DNA of 64,000 nucleotides from Alphaproteobacteria bacterium (lineage in GTDB: Bacteria > Pseudomonadota > Alphaproteobacteria > UBA828), in the NCBI GenBank assembly GCA_965220745.1, contig CBDCQT010000010.1, positions 96,001-160,000 on the forward strand, written 5' to 3'. Within the stretch, counting starts at the first letter, position 1; every line of letters starts with the position of its first letter. The notes beneath the pieces were generated by a model that was given only the letters and a program-made list of their open reading frames with translations, had not been told where the DNA came from and did not search any database. A program made the position numbers and the translations under genes. Below are positions 26,201 to 34,717 of the stretch, in pieces.

Positions 26201-26654
26201 TTGCCAGCGCGAGCGCTGCTGCAGGCTCCACAGGCAGCGCGTCGGTCGCGGGCACCGTGGGCACGCCGGCCTGGGCCGCGATGGCGCGCGCGGAGACCTT
26301 GTCGCCGAGCAGGCGCAGCGTCTCCGGCCGGGGGCCGATGAAGGCGATCTCCGCCTCGGCGCAGGCCTCCGCGAACTCGGGCGATTCGGAGAGGAAGCCG
26401 TAGCCGGGGTGGATGGCATCGCTGCGGGTCTCGACCGCGACGCGGATGATGTCGTCCACCGCCAGGTAGGCGGTGACGGGGCCGCGATTTTCGCCGATGC
26501 GGTACGATTGGTCGGCCTTGAAGCGGTGGAGCGAGAGGTGGTCTTCCTCTGCGTAGACCGCGACCGTGGCCTTGCCCATCTCGTAGGCGGCGCGCAGGAC
26601 GCGAATGGCGATCTCGCCCCGGTTCGCCACCAGCACTCGTTCGAAGCCGCTCAT
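23202..26654 (-). CDS. pyc: Pyruvate carboxylase
   Basis: 1150 aa; 'VANRGEIAIR', 'GGGGRGMR', 'RDAHQSLLATR', 'HEMPGGQ', biotin site 'EAMKME'. Confidence 0.97.
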   Translation of the reverse strand: MSGFERVLVANRGEIAIRVLRAAYEMGKATVAVYAEEDHLSLHRFKADQSYRIGENRGPVTAYLAVDDIIRVAVETRSDAIHPGYGFLSESPEFAEACAEAEIAFIGPRPETLRLLGDKVSARAIAAQAGVPTVPATDALPVEPAAALALARDVGFPGILKASWGGGGRGMRTVEAEDEFEAALLAARREADAAFGKDDVYFERFIRRARHLEVQILADGHGRIVHLFERDCSVQRRNQKIVECAPAPGLTAAQRDELTGHALAIARTADYLNAGTVEFLHDLDTNGFHFIEVNPRIQVEHTVTEQVTGVDLVRAQIRVAEGGAIGEEPDDACPPQDEIALRGHAVQCRITTEDPLDRFIPDYGRITAYRAATGFGIRLDGGTAYTGAVITRHYDSLLEKVTAWASSREGAIDRMRRALQEFRIRGVATNIDFLERLVGDEAFRQGQVTTRFIDDNPELLTFARPRDRASRLLRYIAETTVNGHPEVKDRPAPPAHARNPSPPPLHAKEPAAGAKAQLDAEGPEAVVAWMLAQERTLVTDTTMRDAHQSLLATRMRTYDLCQIADAYAYNLPQLFSLECWGGATFDVALRFLNECPWERLERLRTQVPNILLQMLLRASNGVGYTNYPDNVVRGFVARAADSGIDVFRIFDPLNSVENMRVAVDAVLETGRLCEAAICYTGDLHDESRSRYDIEYYRRMARELRDAGTHILGIKDMAGLVKPAAARELVHALKEETGLPVHFHTHDTSGIAAASVLTAVDAGVDAVDLAMDSLSGFTSQPCLGSVVEALRGQPRETGLDPAHVREISDYWEVVRAQYAAFETDMRAPASEVYLHEMPGGQFTNLREQARSLGLAERWHEVAEAYAEVNRMFGDIVKVTPTSKVVGDMALVMVSGGLTRADVEDLDREIAFPESVVGLFRGELGRMPGGFPEPLSSKILKGEAPIEGRPGAVLPPADLEAERARAEEETGWSLSDEDLYSWLFYPKVFTDYAARNELYGPVSALPTDVYFYGLAPRREVSVEIERGHTLVIRCLAVGETDEEGAVRVFFELNGQPRTVKVENREASASVVRRPKADPANPRHVSAPMPGVVASVAVASGRHVVAGDLLMTVEAMKMETALHAERDGTVAALHVAAGQSVEAKDLLLEYAEA

Positions 26655-26705
26655 CGATCCGCTCGCTCACCCGACCGCCGGGTGCGGGCGTTCTACACGG
26701 ATGTC

Positions 26706-27884
26706 CTAGTCTGTGGAAGACGGTGGCGCGGGCACACCGTTGGCAACGCCCATCTCGCGCAGCACGGCTCCCGTCGCCTCGACGAAGCGGGTCATGGTGT
26801 CGGCGCGGAAGGCGCCGATGCAGCCGACGCGAAAACTCTCCACCCGCGCGAGCTTGCCGGGATAGATCACGAAACCCCGTGCCGCGAGCCGGTCGTAGAA
26901 CGTCTGGAATTGCCAGGCGGGATCGGCGGGCGCCCGGAAGGTCACGATGATCGGCGCCTGCACGGCGTCCTCCAGCAGCGTCTCGAAGCCGAGGCCGCGC
27001 ATGCCGTCCACCAGGGTACGGCAGGTCTCCCAATAGCGGGCGAAGCGGCCGGCGACGCCGCCCTCGTCATCGAGCGCATCGAGCGCCCGGTCGAGCGCGG
27101 CGAGGACATGGGTGGGCGGCGTGAAGCGCCACTGGCCGTTGGCCTGCAGACCCGCCCACTGGGCGTGGAGGTCGAGGCTCACGGCATGGGCGTTCTCGGC
27201 GCAACCCGCGAGGTGGTCGGCGCGCACGATGACGAAGCCGACGCCGGGCACCCCTTCGAGGCACTTGTTGGCGGAGGCGGCGAGGCTCGCGACCGGGAGG
27301 CGCGCGAGGTCGATGGGGATGCCGCCGAAGGAGCTCATGGCGTCCACGTGCAGGCGGCGCCCGGCGCCGCTCACGGCATCGGCGAGCTCGGAGAGCGGGT
27401 TGAGGATGCCGGTGGTGGTTTCGCAGTGGACCAGCGCGACATCGGTGACGGCGGGCTCGGCCTCAAGCCGCTCGGCCAGCGCCGCCGCCCTCCTGGGCGG
27501 CTCGGTCTCGCCGGTCTCCAGCACGCTGTGGGCGCGGCCCGCGCGGCGGCAGATCTCCGCCATGCGCCGGCCGTAGGCGCCGTTGACGAGGATCAGCAGA
27601 TGGCCGTCGCGCGGCACCAGGGTGCCGAGCTGGGCTTCCACCGCGAAGGTGCCACTGCCCTGCATCGGCACGCAGGTGAAGGCCTCGCCCGCGTTGGCGA
27701 GCGCGAGCAGGCGCCGACGCACGCGCGCCGTGAGAGCGATGAACGCGGGGTCGCGCGAGCCCCAGTCGCGGTCCATGGCCGCGCGGGTCTCGGGCCGGGT
27801 GGTGAGCGGGCCGGGGGTGAGGAGGACGGACTCGGCGCCTACGCCGGCTCCGCGGTCAGCGGGCGGCGGCGCGGCTGAGGGCAT
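26706..27884 (-). CDS. phnW: 2-aminoethylphosphonate-pyruvate transaminase
   Basis: 'LLTPGPLTT', 'MQGSGTFAVEA', 'VHCETTTGILNP', 'DAMSSFG', 'SANKCLEGVPG', 'QWRFTPPTH', 'IYPGKL'; start uncertain. Confidence 0.9.
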   Translation of the reverse strand: MPSAAPPPADRGAGVGAESVLLTPGPLTTRPETRAAMDRDWGSRDPAFIALTARVRRRLLALANAGEAFTCVPMQGSGTFAVEAQLGTLVPRDGHLLILVNGAYGRRMAEICRRAGRAHSVLETGETEPPRRAAALAERLEAEPAVTDVALVHCETTTGILNPLSELADAVSGAGRRLHVDAMSSFGGIPIDLARLPVASLAASANKCLEGVPGVGFVIVRADHLAGCAENAHAVSLDLHAQWAGLQANGQWRFTPPTHVLAALDRALDALDDEGGVAGRFARYWETCRTLVDGMRGLGFETLLEDAVQAPIIVTFRAPADPAWQFQTFYDRLAARGFVIYPGKLARVESFRVGCIGAFRADTMTRFVEATGAVLREMGVANGVPAPPSSTD

Positions 27885-29523
27885 CCAGGGCCTCGGGCGT
27901 GTCCACGTCGATGGTCACGGAGTGATCGGGGCTCTCGACCTCGTACACCGCGTCCGCGTGGTCGCCGATCAGGTGGCGCGCGCCAACATCGCCGGAGAGG
28001 TTGCGGATCTCGCCGAAGAAGCGCGCCGCCCACAACACGGGATTGCCGCGCTTGCCGCGATAGGTGGGGACGCCGATGGCGCGGCCTTCCAGCGGGTTGA
28101 AGCCCGCGATCAGGCGGTCGATCAGGTCCGCCGAGGTGCGCGGCATGTCGCCGAGGCAGACCACGGCGCCGTCGATTTCCGGGGCTCGCGCTGGGTCGAG
28201 CGCGTCGACGCCGCACTGGAGCGAGCTGCTCATGCCCTCGGCGTAGTCGGGATTGTGGGCGAAGGTCACGTCGAGCCCGGCGAGCGCCGCCTGCACGCGC
28301 TCCGCCTCGTGGCCGGTCACGACAACCACCGGCGCGGCCCTGGAGGCGAGAGCGGCCGCAGCGACGCGGCGCACCATCGGCTCGCCATCGACCTCGATCA
28401 GGAGCTTGTTGAGCGCGCCCATGCGCCGCGACTGCCCGGCCGCGAGCACCACCGCCGCGATGCGTGGCGGCGCCGCGGGGGCCACCGCCTCATCCTTGCG
28501 ATCCGCGCTCCTGGGCGAGGCGCGGTTGCGGGGCAAGGGCCGGCTCGGGATCTCCATCAGCAGGCCGCCCGCCCCCATGCGCATGATATCGGAGGCGGTA
28601 ACCTCGACGCCCGCGAAGATGCGCTGCAGCACCCAGTCGAAGCCGTTGAGCTTGAGCGAGCGGGCGCAGCCGGGCAGCCCGAGCACCCGCGTCTCGCCGA
28701 GGCGGGCGAGGAGGAGGAGATTGCCGGGATCGACGGGCATGCCGAAATGGTCGATGGCGCCGCCGGCTTCCACGACCGCTGCCGGCACCACGTCGCGCCG
28801 GTCGACGATGGCGGACGCGCCCGCGATGAGGATGATGTCGCATCCTTTCCCGTGAAGCTGACCCACCGCCTCCGCCACCTCGACGCGGCTGTGGGCGCAG
28901 CGGACCTCGGCGGCGAGCGCGCCGTCGAGCTGGGCGAGGCGCGTGGCGACCGCGCCCGTGGTGGAATCGAGCACGCTCTCCCGCGTCCCCGGCAGGCGGG
29001 TCTGGATCAGCCCGACCGTGCGCGCCTTGAGGGGCGCGAGGCCCAGCATCGGCCCGCCGTCCGCCGCGATCTCGATGCAGCGATCGACCACCGCGCGCGA
29101 GGCCGCGAAGGGGATGACCTTGACGGTCGCCACCATCTGGCCCGCCTCGACCAGGGCGTGTGGGGCGACGGTGCCGAGGGTCATGGCCTCGTCGAGGAGA
29201 TTGAGCCGGTCCACCCGCGCATCGTCGATCACGGCGAGGCCGTGGCCTTCGGCGAAGATGTTGCAGCGTCCGGTGAAGGCGTCGCCCAGCGTGAGCCCCG
29301 GCCCGGCGACCGCACGCGCGACGGCTTGCGCCGCCTCGTCCTCGCCCACGTCGTCGGGCTCCAGCCGGGCGCCGGAGACGGTCTCGATTTTCGCTGCCAG
29401 CAGCACCCGGACGTCATCGGCGGAGAGCACGCGCCCCTTCTTGAAGGCGCCGCCTGGCAGACGCACGCTGTGAGCGAGGATCAGCCCTTCGGCCTTTGCG
29501 ACCGGCACGTCGCCGAAGATCAT
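27856..29523 (-). CDS. Molybdopterin-binding domain / Moco cytidylyltransferase (MocA-like) fusion
   Basis: 'GMPVDPGNLL', 'LPGCARS', 'LAAGQSRRMG..NKL', 'LGDMP', 'GNPVLW', 'DVDTPEAL'. Confidence 0.88.
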   Translation of the reverse strand: MIFGDVPVAKAEGLILAHSVRLPGGAFKKGRVLSADDVRVLLAAKIETVSGARLEPDDVGEDEAAQAVARAVAGPGLTLGDAFTGRCNIFAEGHGLAVIDDARVDRLNLLDEAMTLGTVAPHALVEAGQMVATVKVIPFAASRAVVDRCIEIAADGGPMLGLAPLKARTVGLIQTRLPGTRESVLDSTTGAVATRLAQLDGALAAEVRCAHSRVEVAEAVGQLHGKGCDIILIAGASAIVDRRDVVPAAVVEAGGAIDHFGMPVDPGNLLLLARLGETRVLGLPGCARSLKLNGFDWVLQRIFAGVEVTASDIMRMGAGGLLMEIPSRPLPRNRASPRSADRKDEAVAPAAPPRIAAVVLAAGQSRRMGALNKLLIEVDGEPMVRRVAAAALASRAAPVVVVTGHEAERVQAALAGLDVTFAHNPDYAEGMSSSLQCGVDALDPARAPEIDGAVVCLGDMPRTSADLIDRLIAGFNPLEGRAIGVPTYRGKRGNPVLWAARFFGEIRNLSGDVGARHLIGDHADAVYEVESPDHSVTIDVDTPEALDALSRAAAR

Positions 29524-29533
29524 GGGGCGACGG

Positions 29534-30244
29534 TCACTTGGCGTTGCCTCCGCGCGGCTGGCGGCGCACCTGCGTGACCTCGGCCATGATGGAGACCGCG
29601 ATCTCGGCCGGCGAGCGCGCGCCGATGGCAAGGCCGATGGGCGCGTGGATGCGCCCGAGCTCGTCGTCGGAGAAGCCCTTCTCGCGCAGGCGCTCCAGCC
29701 GCTTGCCGTGGGTCCGCCGGCTGCCCAGCGCGCCGATGTAGAAGACCGGCGCGCGCACCGCGACCTCCAGCGCCGGGTCGTCGATCTTGGGGTCGTGGGT
29801 AAGCGTCACCACGGCGGTGCGGTGATCGGGCACGAGCCGGTTCAGCGCGTCGTCGGGCCACTCGGTCGAGACCTCGATGGCGGGGAAGCGCGCGGCATCG
29901 GCGAAGGCGCGGCGCGGATCGCAGACGATCACGGAGTAGCCAGCGGCCTCGGCCATGCCTGCCAAGGCCTGCGTGATGTGGACCGCGCCGACGATGACCA
30001 TGCGGGCCGGCGGGTTGTGGACGTGGACGAACCAGGTCTCGCCGCCGACCTCCACCTGCTGGCTCTTGTCGGCACGGAGCGCGGCGCGGGCTTCGTCTGC
30101 CACCGCATCGGGCAGCGCATCGCCCGCCGTCTCGCCATCGGCGTAGACCAGCGCCTGCGCACCATTGGTGAGCGCCGTGACCAGGGCGACCGCGCGGTCC
30201 GCGGCGCGATCGCCGTTCAGCTGGTCGAGGATCGTGCGTTGCAT
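29534..30244 (-). CDS. XdhC/CoxI-family Moco chaperone, C-terminal Rossmann part
   Basis: 'IVGAVHI', 'DPR', 'LTHDPKIDDPAL', 'YIGALGSRRT', 'PIGLAIGARSPAEIAVSI'. Confidence 0.9.
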   Translation of the reverse strand: MQRTILDQLNGDRAADRAVALVTALTNGAQALVYADGETAGDALPDAVADEARAALRADKSQQVEVGGETWFVHVHNPPARMVIVGAVHITQALAGMAEAAGYSVIVCDPRRAFADAARFPAIEVSTEWPDDALNRLVPDHRTAVVTLTHDPKIDDPALEVAVRAPVFYIGALGSRRTHGKRLERLREKGFSDDELGRIHAPIGLAIGARSPAEIAVSIMAEVTQVRRQPRGGNAK

Positions 30245-30254
30245 CGCTGCCCGC

Positions 30255-30587
30255 TCACTCGACCTTCTCGACCAGCACGCGAACGGTGCCGCCGCAAGCC
30301 AGGCCCACTTCCCACGCCTGCTCGTTGGAGACGCCGAATTCGAGCACGCTGGGCGCGCCCGAACCCATGACCTTGCGCGCCTCCTCGATTACCGCGCCCT
30401 CGATGCAGCCGCCGGAGACGGAGCCTTCAAAATGGCCGTCGCCGTCGGCGACGAGCTGGCTGCCGACCGGGCGGGGCGAGGAGCCCCAGGTGGCGATGAC
30501 GGTGGCGAGCGCCACCTGCTTGCCCTCGTCGCGCCAGCGGGCGGCGGTGCCCAGAATGTCTTCCTGTGCGGCCTGCTGCGAACTCAT
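30255..30587 (-). CDS. XdhC/CoxI-family, N-terminal part
   Basis: 'ATVIATWGSSPRPVG', 'GSVSGGCIEG', 'VGLACGG'. Confidence 0.9.
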   Translation of the reverse strand: MSSQQAAQEDILGTAARWRDEGKQVALATVIATWGSSPRPVGSQLVADGDGHFEGSVSGGCIEGAVIEEARKVMGSGAPSVLEFGVSNEQAWEVGLACGGTVRVLVEKVE

Positions 30588-30635
30588 CGCTGCTCTCCCC
30601 TGCTGCGCCGATTACGGGCGGCGGGCGCCTGCGCC

Positions 30636-31562
30636 TCACTCCGCGACGGCGGTCATCCCGGTGCCGACATCCGCAAGGATACGCTGCGTCTCGCCGCCGC
30701 GCGCCTTGTCGATATCGTCCTGGTACTTCAGGAGGACGCCGAGGGTCTGATCGACGATCGCGGGATCGAGACTCTCCTGCGCGAGCGTGGAGAGCGCGCG
30801 CAGCCAGTCGATGCTCTCGGCGACGCCCGGCGCCTTGAAGAAATCGACCTCGCGGAGCTGCTGCACGAAGGCCACCACCTCGTGGGTCAGGCGCGGGTCG
30901 GCATCGGGCACGCGCACGCGCAGGATCTCGCGCTCGCGCTGGGCATCCGGGTAGTCGATCCAGTGATAGAGGCAGCGCCGCTTGAGCGCGTCGTGAATCT
31001 CGCGGGTGCGGTTGGAGGTGATGAGCACGATGGGGGGCTCTGCCGCGCGGATGGTGCCGATCTCCGGGATCGTGATCTGGTAGTCGGCGAGCACCTCCAG
31101 CAGGAAGGCCTCGAAGGGCTCGTCGGCGCGGTCGAGCTCGTCGATCAGCAGCACCGGCGGGCCTGCATCGTGCGGGCGGAGCGCCTCCAACAGCGGCCGG
31201 CTGATGAGGAAGCGCTCGGAGAAGATATCGCCGGCGAGGGTCTGGCGGTCGCGGTCGCCCATCGCCTCCGACAGGCGAATTTCGATCATCTGCCGCGCGT
31301 AGTTCCATTCGTAGACGGCGGACGAGACGTCGAGCCCCTCGTAGCACTGGAGGCGCAGGAGCGAGCGCCCGAGGCGCTCGGCCAGCACGGCAGCCAGCGC
31401 GGTCTTGCCGACGCCGGCCTCGCCCTCCAGGAACAGCGGGCGGCTCAGGCGGAACGCGATGAACAGGCTGGTCGCCAGGTTGCGATCCGCCACGTAGTCG
31501 CCGCCGGAGAGCAGCGCGAGCGTCTCGTCGACGGAGTCGGGGATCGCCACGCCGTCACTCAT
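30636..31562 (-). CDS. coxD: CoxD-like MoxR AAA+ ATPase
   Basis: 'LEGEAGVGKT', 'RLQCYEGLD', 'LIDELDRADEPFEA', 'TSNRTREIHDALKRRC'. Confidence 0.85.
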   Translation of the reverse strand: MSDGVAIPDSVDETLALLSGGDYVADRNLATSLFIAFRLSRPLFLEGEAGVGKTALAAVLAERLGRSLLRLQCYEGLDVSSAVYEWNYARQMIEIRLSEAMGDRDRQTLAGDIFSERFLISRPLLEALRPHDAGPPVLLIDELDRADEPFEAFLLEVLADYQITIPEIGTIRAAEPPIVLITSNRTREIHDALKRRCLYHWIDYPDAQREREILRVRVPDADPRLTHEVVAFVQQLREVDFFKAPGVAESIDWLRALSTLAQESLDPAIVDQTLGVLLKYQDDIDKARGGETQRILADVGTGMTAVAE

Positions 31563-32031
31563 TCTGGGAACTTTCCTCGGAAAGACGCTCGATCAGATCG
31601 GCGATCGCCTCCGGCTTGTCAAGGCGAAAGGCCGGCCGGCGGCCGTCTTCGGCCAGCACCCGCAGCCCTGCGTCGGCCTCGCCTTCGGGGCCAGGCTCGA
31701 CCGTGAGCCGGGGAGTGGCGTGATCCTCGAAACCGAGCGCCAGCACCACGTCCGCATCGTCTGCGAGTGCCGCGAGGGCGGCGGCGCGCGGGGGTGCCGG
31801 CGGGTCGTTGCGGTGCACGCGGGCCCAGCGCCGGCCCGAGACCACGACCACATCGCGGGCGCCGGCGGCGGCGTGCTCGTAGCTGTCCTTGCCCGGCTCG
31901 TCGATGGCGAGCGGGCCGGGGCTCGCCGCGATCACGGCGACGCTGCGGCCGCGGGCCGCTAGAGTCTCGATCAGCTGCGTCGCCATCGCGTCCCGCTGCT
32001 CCGCAGGGCCGGCAATCGTCACCACCACCAC
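31555..32031 (-). CDS. MobB-like molybdopterin-guanine dinucleotide biosynthesis protein (divergent)
   Basis: 'IDEPGKDSYEHAAAGARDVVVVSGRRWA'; Walker A degenerate. Confidence 0.65.
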   Translation of the reverse strand: MVVVTIAGPAEQRDAMATQLIETLAARGRSVAVIAASPGPLAIDEPGKDSYEHAAAGARDVVVVSGRRWARVHRNDPPAPPRAAALAALADDADVVLALGFEDHATPRLTVEPGPEGEADAGLRVLAEDGRRPAFRLDKPEAIADLIERLSEESSQNE

Positions 32032-32038
32032 GCGCGGC

Positions 32039-32743
32039 TCAGATCACGCCGGTGAACACGAGGATGAGCACCACGGCGACGACCACCACCGCCGCCGCCC
32101 ACGCCGCAGTGGGGAGCCCCTTGCGCTGCGTTGCCGGCGGGAGCGGCGGCCCCGCATCCGCCGCCGGGGCGCTCTCCGCCGGCGCATCGGCGGGCGACGC
32201 AGAAGGCTCGGGCGCGGGCGATGCCGGGGCGGGATCGGGCCGTGGTGCGGACTCGGTGGGCGCGGCCTCTTGGGCGGCTTCGGCGGCGGCCTCCGGTTCC
32301 TCGCCGCCGCCGAGCTTCTCGGCGAGGCTGTCGAAGAACTGCTTGGCGAGCTTCTTCGCGGTGGAGTCGATGAGGCGCGAGCCGATCTGCGCGAGCTTGC
32401 CGCCGACCTTGGCGTCGCACTCGTACTGCAGGACTGTGCCGCCGTTCTCCTCCACCAGCCGAACCTTGGCCTCGCCCGAGGCGAAGCCGGCGGTGCCGCC
32501 CTGCCCCTGGCCGGAGAGCGTGTAGCCGTTGGGCGGATCGATGTCGGAGAGAGTGACACCGCCCTTGAAGGTCGCCTTGACCGGGCCGACCTTGATGGCA
32601 AGCGTCGCGCTCATCTCGGTGTCGGAGGTCTTCTCGATCTCCTGACAGCCGGGCAGGCATTCCCTCAGGACCTCGGGGTCGTTGAGCGCGCGCCACACCG
32701 TCTCCCGGTCGGTCGGGACCCGGAACTCGCCGTTCATCTTCAT
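32039..32743 (-). CDS. coxG: CoxG-family (SRPBCC) protein with Pro/Ala linker and C-terminal membrane anchor
   Basis: 'VWRALNDPEVLRECLPGC', 'KVGPVKATFKG', 'GGKLAQIGSRLID'. Confidence 0.88.
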   Translation of the reverse strand: MKMNGEFRVPTDRETVWRALNDPEVLRECLPGCQEIEKTSDTEMSATLAIKVGPVKATFKGGVTLSDIDPPNGYTLSGQGQGGTAGFASGEAKVRLVEENGGTVLQYECDAKVGGKLAQIGSRLIDSTAKKLAKQFFDSLAEKLGGGEEPEAAAEAAQEAAPTESAPRPDPAPASPAPEPSASPADAPAESAPAADAGPPLPPATQRKGLPTAAWAAAVVVVAVVLILVFTGVI

Positions 32744-32781
32744 GGCCGCGTTGCTCCCTGCCGTGCCGGCGCTGAGCGCCG

Positions 32782-34476
32782 CTAAACGTAGTAGATGACC
32801 AGGCAGGCGCCAAGCAGCACCAGGATCCAGAGCGCGGCAGCGCCGGTCGGCCAGGTCCGCGCCAGCACCCCGCCCGGCCTGTGCTGCTGCGCGATCAGGA
32901 AGAACAGGCGATCGAGGCCGCGCGTGGACTGCTCACGGATGAACGCGCTGAGGGCGGTCGCCGCACCTTCGATGCGGCGGGCCGTGCCCGGCAGCAGGCG
33001 CCGGTAGAGCCAGTCGCTGTCGATGTTCGCCGAGCGCAACTCGGGTGGATAGAGCCCGATCAGGTTGAGGAAGGCGAAGGCCAGGGCCGAGAAGAAGAGA
33101 AGCTGGACCTGCACCAGCACGTGGCTCCCGGTATAGGGCACGTAGTCCACCGCGTAAGGCAGAAGCGAATAAAGCCAAGCAGGATAGCAGCCGATGACGA
33201 TGCAGAGGATCGCCGCCATCGCCATGGCAATGCGCATGTTGAGCGGCGGCTCGCGGGTGCGGATGCCGCTGTCGTGCGCGAAGAAGGCGAAGTAGGGGAT
33301 CTTGATGCCGGCATGGTGGAAGACGCCGGCGGACGCGAAGAGCAGCAGGATCCAGACGATCCAGTAGCCCTCCGCCGCCGCCGCGCTCATCACCATCGAC
33401 TTGCTGACGAAGCCTGAGAAGAGCGGGAAGGCGGAGATCGAGGCCGCGCCTACGATGCAGAGCCCGGTGGTCTGGGGCATCGACTTGTAGAGCCCGCCGA
33501 GCTCCGAGCCGTTGATCTTGCCGGTCTGATGCAGCACCGCGCCCATCGACATGAGCAGCAGGCCCTTGAAGATCACGTCGTTGAAGGCGTGGGAGACGGC
33601 GCCGTTGAGCGCGAGCGACGTGCCGATGCCGATGCCCACCACCATGAAGCCGATCTGGTTGATCATGCTGTAGGCGAGGACGCGGCGGAGGTCGTTCTCG
33701 ATCACGGCGTAGAAGATGGGGAACGCGGTCATCGCCGTGCCGATGGGGATCAGCACCTCGGTGCCGGCGTAGCCGCGCGCGAGCGCGTAGACCGCGAGCT
33801 TGGTGGTGAACGCGCTCAGGAACACCATCCCGGTCGGTGTGGATTCCGGGTACGCGTCGGTGAGCCAGGTGTGCACCAAGGGGAAGCCGCACTTGATGCC
33901 GAAGGCGACGAAGATCAGCACGCCGCCGAGGCTGTCGATGCCGATGTGGCCGAATGCGGCCGACCCGGTGTCGCCGATCACGACGATCGCGCCGCCCAGC
34001 AGCAGCAGGCCGGAGACCAGCTGGAAGACGAGATAGCGCATGGCGGCGCGGACCGCGCGCGGCTCGCGCCGGGCGAGGATCAGCAGCACGGAGCCGAGCG
34101 TCGCCCCCTCCCAGAAGATGACGAGGGTGATGAGGTCGCCGGCGAATACCGTGCCGAGCGCGGAGCCGGCGTAGAGCAGCATGCCCGCCTGCTGCAGGCG
34201 GTCGCGGACGTGGAAGGCGAAGACGGCGCCGAGGAAGGCCGCAATATGGAAGAGGAGGCCGAAGAGCAGGCTGAGCGAATCAGCGCGGAGCAGCGTGAGG
34301 CGCGTATCGAGCAACGGGACCTCGAGCGCGCCGCCGCCCTGCCACACGAACCAGAGATTGATGCCGCCGAGCAGCGGCACCGCCGGCACGAGCAGACGGC
34401 GCAAGCCCCCCGGCAGCAGCAGGACCAGCGCCGCCGCGACCAGGAAGACGAAGGCGGGCGGAATGCTACTCGTCAT
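32782..34476 (-). CDS. mrpD: Mrp Na+/H+ antiporter subunit D-like
   Basis: Polytopic; 'HTWLTDAYPES', 'ENDLRRVLAYSMINQIG', 'SGFVSK'. Confidence 0.85.
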   Translation of the reverse strand: MTSSIPPAFVFLVAAALVLLLPGGLRRLLVPAVPLLGGINLWFVWQGGGALEVPLLDTRLTLLRADSLSLLFGLLFHIAAFLGAVFAFHVRDRLQQAGMLLYAGSALGTVFAGDLITLVIFWEGATLGSVLLILARREPRAVRAAMRYLVFQLVSGLLLLGGAIVVIGDTGSAAFGHIGIDSLGGVLIFVAFGIKCGFPLVHTWLTDAYPESTPTGMVFLSAFTTKLAVYALARGYAGTEVLIPIGTAMTAFPIFYAVIENDLRRVLAYSMINQIGFMVVGIGIGTSLALNGAVSHAFNDVIFKGLLLMSMGAVLHQTGKINGSELGGLYKSMPQTTGLCIVGAASISAFPLFSGFVSKSMVMSAAAAEGYWIVWILLLFASAGVFHHAGIKIPYFAFFAHDSGIRTREPPLNMRIAMAMAAILCIVIGCYPAWLYSLLPYAVDYVPYTGSHVLVQVQLLFFSALAFAFLNLIGLYPPELRSANIDSDWLYRRLLPGTARRIEGAATALSAFIREQSTRGLDRLFFLIAQQHRPGGVLARTWPTGAAALWILVLLGACLVIYYV

Positions 34477-34708
34477 AGTAGTCCTCGCGCCGCATAACCA
34501 GCCGGCGCAGCTCCTTCGCGGCGAGCACGAGCACCACGCAGGCGATGAAGCCGAAGAACCCGTAGAAGCCGAACCAACCCTCCCAGAAGAACTCCTCGTG
34601 CCGGTGGAAGCCCGCGTCGATCACCAGCACGCCCGCGCAGAGGGCCGCGAAGAACCAGATGAGCCGCATCACGTTGCGGCGTTCGTCGAGCCAGTATTTC
34701 TTCTTCAT
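34466..34708 (-). CDS. Small membrane protein of mrp-type operons
   Basis: Two TM segments, 'GFYGFFGF...LRRLVMRREDYYDE'; overlaps the next gene. Confidence 0.75.
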   Translation of the reverse strand: MKKKYWLDERRNVMRLIWFFAALCAGVLVIDAGFHRHEEFFWEGWFGFYGFFGFIACVVLVLAAKELRRLVMRREDYYDE

Positions 34709-34717
34709 GGCGTTGCC

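Noticed and set aside
7208-29577. Very long antisense or alternate-frame ORFs (e.g. 7208-8668, 12315-14675, 20243-22087, 24153-27878, 27583-29577)
   Set aside because: Shadows of genuine high-GC genes on the opposite strand; no recognisable motifs
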